A DNA stretch of 64,000 nucleotides, from contig JAFGQU010000023.1 of the NCBI GenBank assembly GCA_016935525.1, positions 64,897 through 128,896 of the forward strand, given 5' to 3'. The stretch is from Candidatus Omnitrophota bacterium (GTDB lineage: Bacteria > Omnitrophota > Gorgyraeia > Duberdicusellales > 4484-171). A program made the position numbers and the translations under genes. Shown one piece after another: positions 38,679 to 48,929 of the stretch. Numbering within the stretch: position 1 is the stretch's first letter; every line of letters starts with the position of its first letter. Below the pieces are notes generated by a model that made no database searches, was not told the DNA's origin, and was given only the letters and a program-made list of their open reading frames with translations.

Positions 38679-39346
38679 CTTATTTTTAAAAATTTGTGGA
38701 TCTGCGGCACTACCCGTGCATCGATGTTTTGTCCTGAAAGATATTCCGCATACATCAAAATATGAGCTACCAGTTTTTTATTCATAGATGAGAAATCCGG
38801 CTGCAGATAGACCGTATATTTATTCTTGTCCTTCATAAAGCGCGCGATACGTTTTATTTCGGAAAATACGGTATTCGGCGTAATGACTACTTTAAAAAAA
38901 ACTTCTTTCCTTTTCGCGATCGAAAAAAACTCTTCATGTTTCGGCCATAACGATCTTTTCTTTAATGCCGAAGGTAATTTAAGATCACACGAGATCACAT
39001 CACACCACCGGACGACCTTTTTAAGTGCCGCAGGACGCGTGGAGTTCGTCTCAAGGTATACCTTGAATTTATGCGGCGCGATATACGGCAGAAACTTTTC
39101 CAGAAACGTCACCTGACAAAGAGGTTCCCCGCCGGTCAAAGAAAGCCATCCGGTCCGGTACCGCGGCGAACGTATCTCCTCAGTCAACCGTTCGACGCCA
39201 TATTGGACATACCGGGTGATCTTCGTATCGCAATAACTGCAATACAAGTTGCACCCGTAAAACCTGACAAAAGTCTGTAGTACTCCCGCGTATTTCCCTT
39301 CACCTTGAATACTTTTGAAAATGCGGGTTACTTTTGCTTTGTTCAT
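38675..39346 (-). CDS. queE: 7-carboxy-7-deazaguanine synthase (radical SAM)
   Basis: VFVRFYGCNLYCSYCDT CxxxCxxC motif and GGEPL. Confidence 0.8.
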   Translation of the reverse strand: MNKAKVTRIFKSIQGEGKYAGVLQTFVRFYGCNLYCSYCDTKITRYVQYGVERLTEEIRSPRYRTGWLSLTGGEPLCQVTFLEKFLPYIAPHKFKVYLETNSTRPAALKKVVRWCDVISCDLKLPSALKKRSLWPKHEEFFSIAKRKEVFFKVVITPNTVFSEIKRIARFMKDKNKYTVYLQPDFSSMNKKLVAHILMYAEYLSGQNIDARVVPQIHKFLKIR

Positions 39347-39403
39347 GCCGTAAAAAATGAAAAATTAAATACTAAAAAATAAAAATACTGATTAAGAAAA
39401 TAG

Positions 39404-40183
39404 TCAACTCTGTCGTGGAGTATTTTTAATATTTCTTTTTTCATCTTTCATTTTACTGCGGGATTGGTCGCCCCCTCTTCCCTTTCCCCGCAGTAATGGA
39501 TCGGTCATATTCAACCGGCGAAACGCTTCGAGACGAAACCGGCAGCTATCGCAACGCAGGCAGGGTTCTTTTCCCCCCAGATAACACGACCAGGTCTCTT
39601 CAAACGGTACCCCCAGGCTCAACCCCAGCTTAATGATGTCTTTCTTACCTTTATCAAGAAGCGGAGCAATAATACGTAACCCTTTTTTTTGTATACCTTT
39701 ATTTACGGCAAATTCGAAACTATTCAAGAATTCACCCCGGCAATCGGGATAATCGGAATAATCATGCACGTGCGCCCCGATAAAGATAGCGTCGGCACCA
39801 ATACTTTCGGCAAAAGATACCGCATAACTTAAAAAAATGATATTCCGCCCGGGCACGTAGGTAGACGGGACTTTCTTATCACGAAGATTACGGTCAAAGG
39901 GGACTTTTTTATCTTTCCGGGTAAGGCTGGAAGGAGCCCACTCAAGAGTCACCTTGACGACTTCATAAGGGATCTTATTCAACCGGGCGATCCGTTTTGC
40001 CGATTCTATTTCACGGTAATGCCGCTGATGATAATCGAAAATAAGCGCGGTCAGATGATACCCGTATTTTTTCGCAAGGTAAAGAGTCACTGCCGAATCG
40101 ATCCCTCCCGATAAAAGGACTATACCCCCCGGGCGGTCTTTTTTTACTCGTGATAAGTCGCGCATGACGTATCTTTCTCCCAC
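39404..40183 (-). CDS. queC: 7-cyano-7-deazaguanine synthase, with a basic C-terminal extension of about 30 aa
   Basis: PP-loop SGGIDS and a C-terminal zinc cluster CYLGGKEPC..C..C. Confidence 0.85.
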   Translation of the reverse strand: MGERYVMRDLSRVKKDRPGGIVLLSGGIDSAVTLYLAKKYGYHLTALIFDYHQRHYREIESAKRIARLNKIPYEVVKVTLEWAPSSLTRKDKKVPFDRNLRDKKVPSTYVPGRNIIFLSYAVSFAESIGADAIFIGAHVHDYSDYPDCRGEFLNSFEFAVNKGIQKKGLRIIAPLLDKGKKDIIKLGLSLGVPFEETWSCYLGGKEPCLRCDSCRFRLEAFRRLNMTDPLLRGKGRGGDQSRSKMKDEKRNIKNTPRQS

Positions 40184-40509
40184 ACCTTTATTTCATCCAA
40201 CCGGCAATGCCGGGGTATCTTAGTCTTGATATTCGTAAAAAGGAAATAAGCGATATGTTCAGAAGTAGGATTATGTGTTTTAAAGTAGTCGTGCTCGTTT
40301 AGGAGACGATGGTCAAACTCTTCGATCAGTTCATTAAGGATCTTCTTTAAATCGCCGAAATCCATCACGAGCCCGAGAGAATCAAGCTCCCCGGCACTAA
40401 CCGTGACCTGGACGCGCCAGTTATGGCCATGGAGCGACTCGCATTTACCCTTATATTCTCTTAAGAAATGCGCGCCGCTGAAAGAAGAACTCACACTCAC
40501 TTTATACAT
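40144..40509 (-). CDS. queD: 6-carboxy-5,6,7,8-tetrahydropterin synthase
   Basis: 121 aa. FSGAHFLREYKGKCESLHGHNWRV matches the QueD/PTPS CxxxHGH motif. Confidence 0.85.
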   Translation of the reverse strand: MYKVSVSSSFSGAHFLREYKGKCESLHGHNWRVQVTVSAGELDSLGLVMDFGDLKKILNELIEEFDHRLLNEHDYFKTHNPTSEHIAYFLFTNIKTKIPRHCRLDEIKVWEKDTSCATYHE

Positions 40510-41320
40510 TGATCACCTTCGGTTTTCCGGTCGTTTTATTTAAAAACAGCCTCGCCAGCTTCATAAATCCCGCCGGTTCGTCACTTACAAAAAATTCTCG
40601 CCGGCCGCGGCGGCCCGGATTAAGCAGTCCTGAATGCCGCAAAACGCCACGGACTTTGACCGCGACCTCATAGGCGGAATTGATAAGATGCACATCTTTA
40701 AGATATGAGGCAATGATTTTTTTCAAAAGCGGGTAATGAGTACACCCCAATATTAAGGTATCTATTCCGCCTTTAAATCCTTTTAAATAATACCTGGCGA
40801 TATCTTCGGTGATCGGACCCGAAAGCATCGCTTCTTCGACCAGCGGGACAAATAACGGGCAGGCTTTTACACAAACTCTTGCCCGGGAGTCTTTTTGAAG
40901 GATTTTCTTCTGATACACACCGCTTTTGATAGTAGATTTTGTCCCGATAACTCCTATCCGTCTACCGGGAGATACTTCCACGGCTTTTTCTACTGCCGGA
41001 TCGATCACTCCCACTATCGGCACGCTAAAGGTCTTCTGCAGAAAATCAAGGGCAAGGCTGGAAGAAGTATTACAGGCGACGACTACCAGTTTTACTTTAT
41101 TCTCTAGAAGGAACAATACGTTTTCCGTACTGAACCTGACCACGGTCTTGGGCGATTTATTCCCGTAAGGGACCCTTGCGGTATCTCCCATATACACGAT
41201 ATGTTCACCGGGCAAGAGGCGTTCGATTTCTTTAAATACGGTGAGACCCCCTACCCCGGAATCAAAAATACCGATCGGGCTTTGCGGGGAATATCTTTTA
41301 TTTTTCGCTGATTTTCGCAT
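40502..41320 (-). CDS. murI: Glutamate racemase
   Basis: IGIFDSGVGGLTV, VVACNTSS and GCTHYPLL motifs. Confidence 0.9.
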   Translation of the reverse strand: MRKSAKNKRYSPQSPIGIFDSGVGGLTVFKEIERLLPGEHIVYMGDTARVPYGNKSPKTVVRFSTENVLFLLENKVKLVVVACNTSSSLALDFLQKTFSVPIVGVIDPAVEKAVEVSPGRRIGVIGTKSTIKSGVYQKKILQKDSRARVCVKACPLFVPLVEEAMLSGPITEDIARYYLKGFKGGIDTLILGCTHYPLLKKIIASYLKDVHLINSAYEVAVKVRGVLRHSGLLNPGRRGRREFFVSDEPAGFMKLARLFLNKTTGKPKVINV

Positions 41321-42326
41321 AACGGGAATTAAATTGTTTTACACCCAGGGCGACTGCCTGGGATATCTGTTTACGGTATTGAGCGCTGCGTAATAATTTT
41401 TCCTCATAATAGTTGCTTAAATATGCCGTCTCCAACAGCACACTGGGCACGGAGGCATATTTTAACACATAAAACGGCGCGCCTCGAGCCTGCTTCACTT
41501 TAAATCCCAACCGCTTGAACATATTTACGAGTACATTAGCGTATTCTACCGAAAGAGCGTTATTTTCCGTAGAGATCAGGTCCCAGAGAATAGCTTTTGT
41601 CCTTTGAGAGAATTCACCGCTGAAATCCAAAGAAGCATTTTCGGTGAGCGCGACTACTTTTGCCTCATCATCGAAATATTTCGGCGCAAGATAATATACT
41701 TCCACGCCGTTTACCTTACGGTTCTTGTTGGAATTAGCATGGATACTGATAAAGAGATCGGCTTTTTTTATACTGGCAACCTGTACCCGCTGGCGTAACG
41801 AGAGATAGACGTCGGTTGAACGGGTAAGATATACCGTAAACCCCATCTCCTGCAATTCTTCCTGTAAGATTTTCGCGACAGCGAGATTTACGTCTTTCTC
41901 TTTTAATCCCTGCCGCGATATCGCTCCCGGATCTTTCCCTCCGTGACCGGGGTCGATCACGATAGTCTTGATCTGCATGATCGGCAATTCGCGCCGAGGA
42001 GTTTTCTTGCTGATTATTTCAACGAGCCCGGCGGGCACGTAGATCTTCCCATCCTTATAATAAGGAGCCTCATCGAGATAGAAAGTCGTCCCGTTAAAAT
42101 AGACGATCAAAGAATTCAAAAGCAGGCGTATTTCATGTTTTTCCGAACCCAGACGGACGATATCGTCGATCGTATCGAAAGAATATTTCATCCCGTACTG
42201 TGTACAGAATTTTTTTATTTCAACGAACTGCGATGCCGCCGGCGGCTCCTTATAGGTTTTTAAAGTAGAAGTCGTACCACAGCCGGCGGTAAAGATAAGG
42301 GCGCATATGACAAGGATTCTTTTCAT
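41298..42326 (-). CDS. N-acetylmuramoyl-L-alanine amidase (Amidase_3, AmiC-like) with an N-terminal targeting domain
   Basis: IVIDPGHGGKDPGA...ISIHANS zinc-amidase motifs. N-terminal signal/lipobox. Confidence 0.8.
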   Translation of the reverse strand: MKRILVICALIFTAGCGTTSTLKTYKEPPAASQFVEIKKFCTQYGMKYSFDTIDDIVRLGSEKHEIRLLLNSLIVYFNGTTFYLDEAPYYKDGKIYVPAGLVEIISKKTPRRELPIMQIKTIVIDPGHGGKDPGAISRQGLKEKDVNLAVAKILQEELQEMGFTVYLTRSTDVYLSLRQRVQVASIKKADLFISIHANSNKNRKVNGVEVYYLAPKYFDDEAKVVALTENASLDFSGEFSQRTKAILWDLISTENNALSVEYANVLVNMFKRLGFKVKQARGAPFYVLKYASVPSVLLETAYLSNYYEEKLLRSAQYRKQISQAVALGVKQFNSRYAKISEK

Positions 42327-43666
42327 AACCGCAAAATATATTGAGCGATCTCAAAGTAGACAAAGATACCCACGACATCGACGATGGTAGTAATAAGCGG
42401 GCCGCTCATCAATGCAGGATCTAACCGCAGTTTTCTAAAGACAATCGGTAAAGTCGCGCCGATAATCGCCGAAAACATAATGGTAAATCCCATAGAAACC
42501 CCTACGGAAATACTTAATAGCCAGTTGTTTTGCTGCAGGACTACCCGCACCAGCCCCACTACCGCCAGGATCGCGCCGATACAAAACCCCATGAGCGATT
42601 CACGGAGTATCACTTTAAAGAAATCCTTCACTTTGATATCGCCGACCGCAAGTCCTCTGATGACCATCATCGCCGACTGCATCCCGGCATTCCCGCCGGT
42701 CGCGACCAGAATGGGCAGGAAAAAAGTCAGCGCGATCCAGTTCTGGATCACCCCGCCGTATTTCTGTAATACCAGGCTCGAAGCTGATTCAAGCACGGTA
42801 AGCACGATCAACCAGAAACTTCTCTTCCATAACAGGTCAAGAAAACCCGCCTCCATATACGGGCGTTCGACCGGCAACATCGCCGCGATACGTTCGAAAT
42901 CTTCGGTCGCCTCTTCTTCCAGGATATCGACGAAATCGTCAAACGTGACGATCCCGAGCAGTTTATTATCGTTATCGACCACAGGGAGAGCGATCACGTC
43001 GTATTTTTTAAAAATATTAGCGGCTTCTTCTTTATCGGCGTATACGTTCACTTTCACCACATCGGTATACATGATCTCGGATATCGGGGTCTCAGGTTGA
43101 GCCAATACGATCTTTTTAAGAGAGACGATCCCGATTAAACATTTTTGACGGTCAAGGACATAACAATGGTATATAGTCTCCTTTTTCATCCCCACGCTGC
43201 GTAACTGTTCCAATGCTTCTTTTACCGTCATGTCCGCATAGAGCTGGACATAATCCGGAGTGATCAGGCGGCCGATGGAATCTTCGGGATAATTGAGCAG
43301 TTCCAGAGCGATCTTGCGTTCCTCTATCGATAATACGTTGATGAACCGTTTTACGATCTCGGCAGGCATTTCTTCAAAAAGCTCGGTCCGGTCATCAGGA
43401 GACATCTCATTCAATATGATCTTCACTTCCTGGATGGGAAGAGATTGAAGCATTTCTTCTTCTTCTTCGATAGGAAGATATTCAAATACTTCTACCGCTT
43501 TACTGGAAGAGATGAGGCGGAAGATGAATAATTTATACGCCGATTTGGAAAATCCGCTGATAAGACGGGCAAGATCTTCAGGATGCTGAGGAAGCATCCT
43601 TTTGATCTCGGCAAACCTCTTTTCGGCAATCAACTCCTCTATGTGGGTACCCAGTTCTTGCAACAT
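42323..43666 (-). CDS. mgtE: Magnesium transporter MgtE
   Basis: MgtE N-terminal domain, tandem CBS domains and a C-terminal 5-TM domain (GNAGMQSAMM). Confidence 0.85.
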   Translation of the reverse strand: MLQELGTHIEELIAEKRFAEIKRMLPQHPEDLARLISGFSKSAYKLFIFRLISSSKAVEVFEYLPIEEEEEMLQSLPIQEVKIILNEMSPDDRTELFEEMPAEIVKRFINVLSIEERKIALELLNYPEDSIGRLITPDYVQLYADMTVKEALEQLRSVGMKKETIYHCYVLDRQKCLIGIVSLKKIVLAQPETPISEIMYTDVVKVNVYADKEEAANIFKKYDVIALPVVDNDNKLLGIVTFDDFVDILEEEATEDFERIAAMLPVERPYMEAGFLDLLWKRSFWLIVLTVLESASSLVLQKYGGVIQNWIALTFFLPILVATGGNAGMQSAMMVIRGLAVGDIKVKDFFKVILRESLMGFCIGAILAVVGLVRVVLQQNNWLLSISVGVSMGFTIMFSAIIGATLPIVFRKLRLDPALMSGPLITTIVDVVGIFVYFEIAQYILRL

Positions 43667-43734
43667 ATTCCACTAGTTTAGAGGAATAAGCTATACCTGT
43701 CAAGATAAGCATTAACCCGCTCTTTAGGAATAAG

Positions 43735-45141
43735 TTAGATCGAAAAATATACGGCGTGATCTTTTATGGTGTGATAGGTAGCAAGGCTTATCCGGCGCAA
43801 TGTATCGATATTATCGCGCAGATATTCCGAAGGTACCCCGGCGGCGGTTTCCCGATACCGCTCCAGCCCGAGGATCACATAGAGGGTAGTCGTATCCCGG
43901 GATGCCGCCTGGTAGGAATGGTGGTTCCAATCACTGCCCAGAAATATAAGAAGCAGTTTATCGGGGAAAGCTTCAGTTATTTTATTACGCAGGTGTTCAA
44001 CAATATGTTTGGGGGGGGCACAATACAATACGACTTCTATAAAAGATTGTTCCGGCATGAGCCGGTCGGCGATCGCTTTGATGAGCCGCGTGAGATCTAC
44101 TTTTTCCGGAACCGCCGGCGGTTTATCCTGTAATTGGCGCATCATCTTTTTATATGTCTCTACGCAAGGCTGGTTCACGAAATTGATGCCTTTGAGATAC
44201 GCGAAACATCCCACAAATACCTGCAAAAAATGCATGAGCAGCATCAGGTATAGGAAAGGGTCCTTATCGGGCGCGTCCAGCGCGACCGGCAAAAATCCTT
44301 CCTGAGTATACGTCTCTACTACCGTCTTTACGGAAAACCCTTCTTTTTTTGAACCGAGGCTTTCCTGAATAAGCTGGGTCACCCAGGTGGCAAACGCGTT
44401 TTTGATCTTTTGGGAGACAACGATCGAAAAAAAGGCCGGATCTTCGTTACGATATGTATCAGCCAGTTCATACGCTTTCGGCAGTATCCGGTTACGGGCC
44501 TGAACGTATTCACTGAAAAGCTGTTTGATCTTCGAGATATTCCGGTCATACATGATCAAAAGCGGTAAAAGAAAAATAAGGGTATGCGGGCAGGTAAATC
44601 TCCCTCCGACATCGGAGGAGCCGTCGACCTGGATGGTGCGTTTCACTGAGCCCTGCCAACCGGAACTGTCGAGTTTTACAAACGCTTCTTTATCCGACAA
44701 CCAGAGAAAATTTTTCCGCCAGGTATCACCAAACCAGGCTTGGAGAGTTTTCGCCAACAGTTGGGTTTCGGCGGTCGAACCTGATTTAGAAATCGGGACC
44801 ACTAACGTTTTTTCTTTATTTTTTATTTTTTCTAAAATAGCATCCAGAGCCTGGGGATCTAGACTGTCAATACAATGGATAGGGGCATCTTCGCCCAGTG
44901 AGGCCAGAGTCTTAATACCGTTTCCCGAACCGCCGATACCGACAAAAATAAACTCTTCTTTACCTTCGATGAGCCCATTTATATCGAGCAACGTCTCTTC
45001 GATCTTCTCCCAAGCGGGAGGCACTACCCAGCCTAACCGGGGGCTGTCGCCGTCAAACCCTATTTCTCTAAACAGGTTATCCGAAGATATCTCCGTTTTC
45101 GGTTTACCGACAGCCTGTATGAGTTGTTCGATAATATTCAT
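43735..45141 (-). CDS. pgi: Glucose-6-phosphate isomerase-like SIS protein (short bacterial/archaeal PGI type)
   Basis: FIFVGIGGSGNG and SDVGGRFT match the PGI signature motifs. 468 aa. Confidence 0.6.
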   Translation of the reverse strand: MNIIEQLIQAVGKPKTEISSDNLFREIGFDGDSPRLGWVVPPAWEKIEETLLDINGLIEGKEEFIFVGIGGSGNGIKTLASLGEDAPIHCIDSLDPQALDAILEKIKNKEKTLVVPISKSGSTAETQLLAKTLQAWFGDTWRKNFLWLSDKEAFVKLDSSGWQGSVKRTIQVDGSSDVGGRFTCPHTLIFLLPLLIMYDRNISKIKQLFSEYVQARNRILPKAYELADTYRNEDPAFFSIVVSQKIKNAFATWVTQLIQESLGSKKEGFSVKTVVETYTQEGFLPVALDAPDKDPFLYLMLLMHFLQVFVGCFAYLKGINFVNQPCVETYKKMMRQLQDKPPAVPEKVDLTRLIKAIADRLMPEQSFIEVVLYCAPPKHIVEHLRNKITEAFPDKLLLIFLGSDWNHHSYQAASRDTTTLYVILGLERYRETAAGVPSEYLRDNIDTLRRISLATYHTIKDHAVYFSI

Positions 45142-45217
45142 TCTTTTAATAGTCGTTCGTCGTCAGTCGATAGTATTTAGTCGAAAAAAGAAACTCAAAA
45201 TTCTAAAACTGTTTGGG

Positions 45218-45312
45218 ATTTTGGTAATTGGGATTTTCCCGATCCTTAGCATCTTTATTTAGCGGGATCCCGCCAGAGACGGGAATTTAGGATTTCGTGC
45301 TTCGGATTTATT
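45218..45312. repeat. AATCC / AAGCACGAAAT-family element immediately downstream of the malK-like gene
   Basis: gGGATTttggtaattGGGATTttccc...gggaatTTAGGATTTCGTGCTTCGGATTtat. Confidence 0.65.
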
Positions 45313-45317
45313 TTCAA

Positions 45318-46421
45318 TTAGGTAATCGTTTCTTCGGTATCGGCGTCAAAAAACCGGCCTTTTTCCATATCCAGCACCACGTCGAGATTGGACCCCGGAG
45401 CAGGTTTATTACTGGCGTCAAACACAGCGATAAATTTATGTTTACCGGAAACAAGATACACGAAATTATTCGCTCCCATCGTTTCCAACACATCGCATAC
45501 CGCCGGGATAGTATTGGCTTCAGTCGCGTTTGTCGCGAATAATCTATCGAAAATACATTCCGGCCGGATACCGAAAAATATCTTTTTACCGGCATAAGAG
45601 ACCAATTTATCGTATTTTGACTGGGGTATCTTTACTTTAAAATCTTCCGCGTCAAAATAAAGCGCCCCGTTCTGTTTGTAGAGTTTCCCGTCCATGAAAT
45701 TCATCGGCGGAGAACCGATAAACCCGGCAACGAATTTGTTTGCCGGATGGTCGTATACTTTTAAAGGCTCATCAAACTGCTGTACTTTCCCGTGACGCAT
45801 GACCGCGATCCTATCTCCTAAAGCCATCGCTTCGGTCTGGTCATGAGTAACATAGATCATTGTAGTTTTGATCTTCAGGTGAAGTTTATCGATCTCGGTA
45901 CGCATCTGTACCCGCATCTTCGCGTCAAGGTTACTTAACGGCTCGTCGAATAAAAACACAAGCGGATGCCGCACGATCGCCCTCCCCAGGGCGATACGTT
46001 GACGTTCGCCTCCGGAAAGCTGGCGGGGTTTACGGGTCAATAGGTGAGTAACGCCCAATATCTCGGCAGCTTCTTTTACCCGGGTCTCGATCTCGGATTT
46101 AGTATGTTTTCTCAGCTTTAACGCGAACGCCATATTATCGTACGCGTTCATATGCGGATAAAGCGCGTAATTCTGGAAGACCATGGCGATATTTCTATCT
46201 TTTGCGGGGACTCCGTTGACCAGGCGGTCACCGATCCATATTTCACCGGCGGTCATCTCTTCTAACCCGGCGACCATGCGTAATGTGGTAGATTTACCGC
46301 ATCCGGAAGGGCCGACTAATACGACAAATTCACTTCGTTCGATACCGAGGTTTACGTTATCAACGGCGGAAACCTTGTTCGCATAGATTTTACTAAGGTT
46401 ACGTATACTTACCTGCGCCAT
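45318..46421 (-). CDS. ABC transporter ATP-binding protein, MalK/UgpC (sugar import) family
   Basis: Walker A GPSGCGKST, signature LSGGERQR, Walker B LFDEPLSNLD, and a C-terminal regulatory/TOBE-like domain. Confidence 0.85.
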   Translation of the reverse strand: MAQVSIRNLSKIYANKVSAVDNVNLGIERSEFVVLVGPSGCGKSTTLRMVAGLEEMTAGEIWIGDRLVNGVPAKDRNIAMVFQNYALYPHMNAYDNMAFALKLRKHTKSEIETRVKEAAEILGVTHLLTRKPRQLSGGERQRIALGRAIVRHPLVFLFDEPLSNLDAKMRVQMRTEIDKLHLKIKTTMIYVTHDQTEAMALGDRIAVMRHGKVQQFDEPLKVYDHPANKFVAGFIGSPPMNFMDGKLYKQNGALYFDAEDFKVKIPQSKYDKLVSYAGKKIFFGIRPECIFDRLFATNATEANTIPAVCDVLETMGANNFVYLVSGKHKFIAVFDASNKPAPGSNLDVVLDMEKGRFFDADTEETIT

Positions 46422-46455
46422 ATTCTCTCAATTTTAGAGTTGAAACGGAATCCTG

Positions 46456-47301
46456 TCAAGTCAAATAATCAATGAGGCGGGCTATGGTCTCTTTGAGGTT
46501 CTTTCGCGGCACCACCATATCGATCATTCCGTGTTCTAAATTGAATTCGGAGGTCTGAAATCCTTCCGGTAAATCCTGTTTGATGGTCTGTTTGATCACC
46601 CGCGGCCCGGTAAACCCGATAAGCGCGTGCGGTTCGGCAATGATCACATCGCCTAAACCCGCGAACGAAGCCATCACTCCCGCCATGGTCGGATGAGTGA
46701 GGACCGAGATGAACGGAATATGGTTTTTCTTCAATTCCGATAGCACTCCGCTGGTCTTGGCCATCTGCATCAGGCTCAACATCCCTTCATACATACGCGC
46801 CCCGCCTCCGGAACCGGACACGATCACCAGCGGGATTTTCTCTCCCAAGGCATGTTCGGCGATACGGGTGATCTTCTCGCCCACGACCGACCCCATCGAT
46901 CCCATGATAAACCGGGAATCGGTCACGGTAAGCGCGGCCCGGCGTTTTTGAATAAGAGCTTCTCCGACTATTGCCGCTTCTTTTAAAGAAGTCATGTTCC
47001 GTTCTTCTTCGAGTTTCTGAGGATAAGATTTCGGGCCGGCGAATTTAAGCGGATCCAGCGGTTCAAGGCCGGCATATAATTCCTGAAAACTGTTCTGATC
47101 GGTGAGGAATTCGATCCGTTCCCACGCGGTCAAAGAAAAATGATATTCACATTTAGGGCAGACTTTAAGGTTTTCCTGTAATATCTTATTAAAAATAAAC
47201 TGGCTGCACCGGGGACATTTACTCCATAATCCGTCCGGTATCCCCCGTTTTTTGTTCGCTTTTACGAACTGATATTTAAACGGTTTCTTGAATATTCTCA
47301 A
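46456..47301 (-). CDS. accD: Acetyl-CoA carboxylase carboxyltransferase beta subunit
   Basis: N-terminal zinc ribbon CPRCSQ...CPKCEYHF and the carboxyltransferase domain. Confidence 0.85.
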   Translation of the reverse strand: MRIFKKPFKYQFVKANKKRGIPDGLWSKCPRCSQFIFNKILQENLKVCPKCEYHFSLTAWERIEFLTDQNSFQELYAGLEPLDPLKFAGPKSYPQKLEEERNMTSLKEAAIVGEALIQKRRAALTVTDSRFIMGSMGSVVGEKITRIAEHALGEKIPLVIVSGSGGGARMYEGMLSLMQMAKTSGVLSELKKNHIPFISVLTHPTMAGVMASFAGLGDVIIAEPHALIGFTGPRVIKQTIKQDLPEGFQTSEFNLEHGMIDMVVPRKNLKETIARLIDYLT

Positions 47302-48515
47302 TGTTCAAACCTCCTTATCAGGACCCCGCTGGGCAGTTTAGGATAAAAATAAGTCGATTTCTGCGGCAACAGTTTTCCTTTTTTCGCGATCGAAAACACC
47401 GTTGCCAGCGGCGTATCTCTCAGGATAAACCCTGTCTTCTTACCTGTTGTCTGCCGAGCTACCTCATCGATACGATGAACGTATTCGATGTTTTTTACGG
47501 TAAATCTCTTCAATACCAGACGATGCAGGAGCCACACATCCAACGTTTTATACACCCGGTTCTGTGGGGATATTTTACCTAAAAGCGTGCGGTTTTTCAA
47601 TTTAAGAAAATAAAAACTGTTTTTATGATACATCCCGAACGAAAAAAGGGCGGTCGCGGCGGGAGGTTGCGCAATAAGTCTTTCAAGCGATTTCTGAGAA
47701 ACTTTTTGCACGAAAAAGTCCGCGCTCAACCGTTCTTTTACTTCCTGAAAGGATTCTTTTAATTCCGTGACCCGGTGCGTCGGCAACACCAACAACCCGT
47801 CTGAAGGATGAGTGAAATAAGCTAGAATATAATTAAGATCGGAAAATTTATTACGGCACGTCTGGTAATAACGGCTGGCGACTTTAAACCGATGATGGCC
47901 GTCGGCGATAAAAAGTTTACGGCGCATGGTCTCATTGGTAAGAGATGAGATCTCTTTCTTGCCGTCTATTTTCCACAATTGGTGCCGGATACCGGTATGG
48001 TCTTTATAGCGGATGAAAGGTTTGGCCTTTACATATTTCCGGTACAGTGTCGAAAGAGAATCCAATTTTTCCGCGCTCACCACGAATATCGGGCTTAAAT
48101 TCGCTTTTACTTCTTTTAATACCGCGAACCGGTCTTTTTTGGGAGCGCTTAACGTATTCTCATGAGGAAAGACTACCCCTTTTTTGTCGAGCTTTAATAA
48201 CCCCAGGAAACCGACCCGTTTAAATTTTTTACCGCCATAAGGGAATTCCTGTTCATAAAGATATATCGCATCGCTTTTATCGGGAACCAATACTTCTTCT
48301 TTTATCCAACCAAGAAACCGTTTGGCCAGGACTTTATATCCTTTCCGCTGATTCACCAGGAGGATATTGGCAAAATTATACCGGGATTTGTGCTGGTAAG
48401 CCTGTTTTTCGGTACCTTTGATCACGTCATAAGGCGGGCAGACCAAAGGTTCAAGATCATTGAATCGGGCCGGGTTGTAGAAGAACGCTTTAAATGGTTT
48501 TATAAAAGATCTCAT
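47298..48515 (-). CDS. DUF1015-family conserved hypothetical protein
   Basis: 405 aa. N-terminus MRSFIKPFKAFFYNP...CPPYDVI is typical of DUF1015 proteins. Confidence 0.5.
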   Translation of the reverse strand: MRSFIKPFKAFFYNPARFNDLEPLVCPPYDVIKGTEKQAYQHKSRYNFANILLVNQRKGYKVLAKRFLGWIKEEVLVPDKSDAIYLYEQEFPYGGKKFKRVGFLGLLKLDKKGVVFPHENTLSAPKKDRFAVLKEVKANLSPIFVVSAEKLDSLSTLYRKYVKAKPFIRYKDHTGIRHQLWKIDGKKEISSLTNETMRRKLFIADGHHRFKVASRYYQTCRNKFSDLNYILAYFTHPSDGLLVLPTHRVTELKESFQEVKERLSADFFVQKVSQKSLERLIAQPPAATALFSFGMYHKNSFYFLKLKNRTLLGKISPQNRVYKTLDVWLLHRLVLKRFTVKNIEYVHRIDEVARQTTGKKTGFILRDTPLATVFSIAKKGKLLPQKSTYFYPKLPSGVLIRRFEH

Positions 48516-48787
48516 TTGTTCTCTTGTTTAGGACAATTATCACAAGATGAGCCTGAGCCGTCACAGGAAGATTGGCCGGATTTCTTACTGTCGGTGGATG
48601 GATCCTTTTTCTTATAATCGGTACTATAAAATCCCGACCCTTTAAAGATCAACCCCATACCGGCACCGATCAACCGTTTTACTTTCCCCTTACATGAAGG
48701 GCAGCTTTTTAACGGCTTATCCGTCATCTTCTGAAACGCTTCAAACCGGTTTCCGCATTCTAAACATTCATAATCATACGTCGGCAT
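48512..48787 (-). CDS. FmdB-family zinc-ribbon putative regulatory protein with a Cys-rich tail
   Basis: MPTYDYECLECGNRFE...CPSCKG is the FmdB signature. Confidence 0.75.
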   Translation of the reverse strand: MPTYDYECLECGNRFEAFQKMTDKPLKSCPSCKGKVKRLIGAGMGLIFKGSGFYSTDYKKKDPSTDSKKSGQSSCDGSGSSCDNCPKQENK

Positions 48788-48817
48788 CTCACTCGCCTCC
48801 TTTATCTTTTATTGTCG

Positions 48818-48926
48818 GCGAAAATCCGAAATCCGAATATCGAAATCCTAAACGGAATTCGTTTGAGAAATTAGGATTTTGGTCATTCGAATTTGTTTCG
48901 AAATTCGAATTTCGTGCTTCGTTTTT
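48818..48926. repeat. AATCC / AAGCACGAAAT-family element between the dnaJ 3' end and the FmdB-family zinc-ribbon gene
   Basis: gAAAATCCGAAATCCGAAtatcgAAATCCTAAacggaattcgtttgagaaattaggattttggtcattcgaatttgtttcgaaattcgAATTTCGTGCTTCG. Confidence 0.65.
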
Positions 48927-48929
48927 TCT

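Noticed and set aside
42384-45262. Long plus-strand ORFs (238 aa, 245 aa) opposite mgtE and pgi
   Set aside because: They are antisense to confident genes and have no domain signatures.
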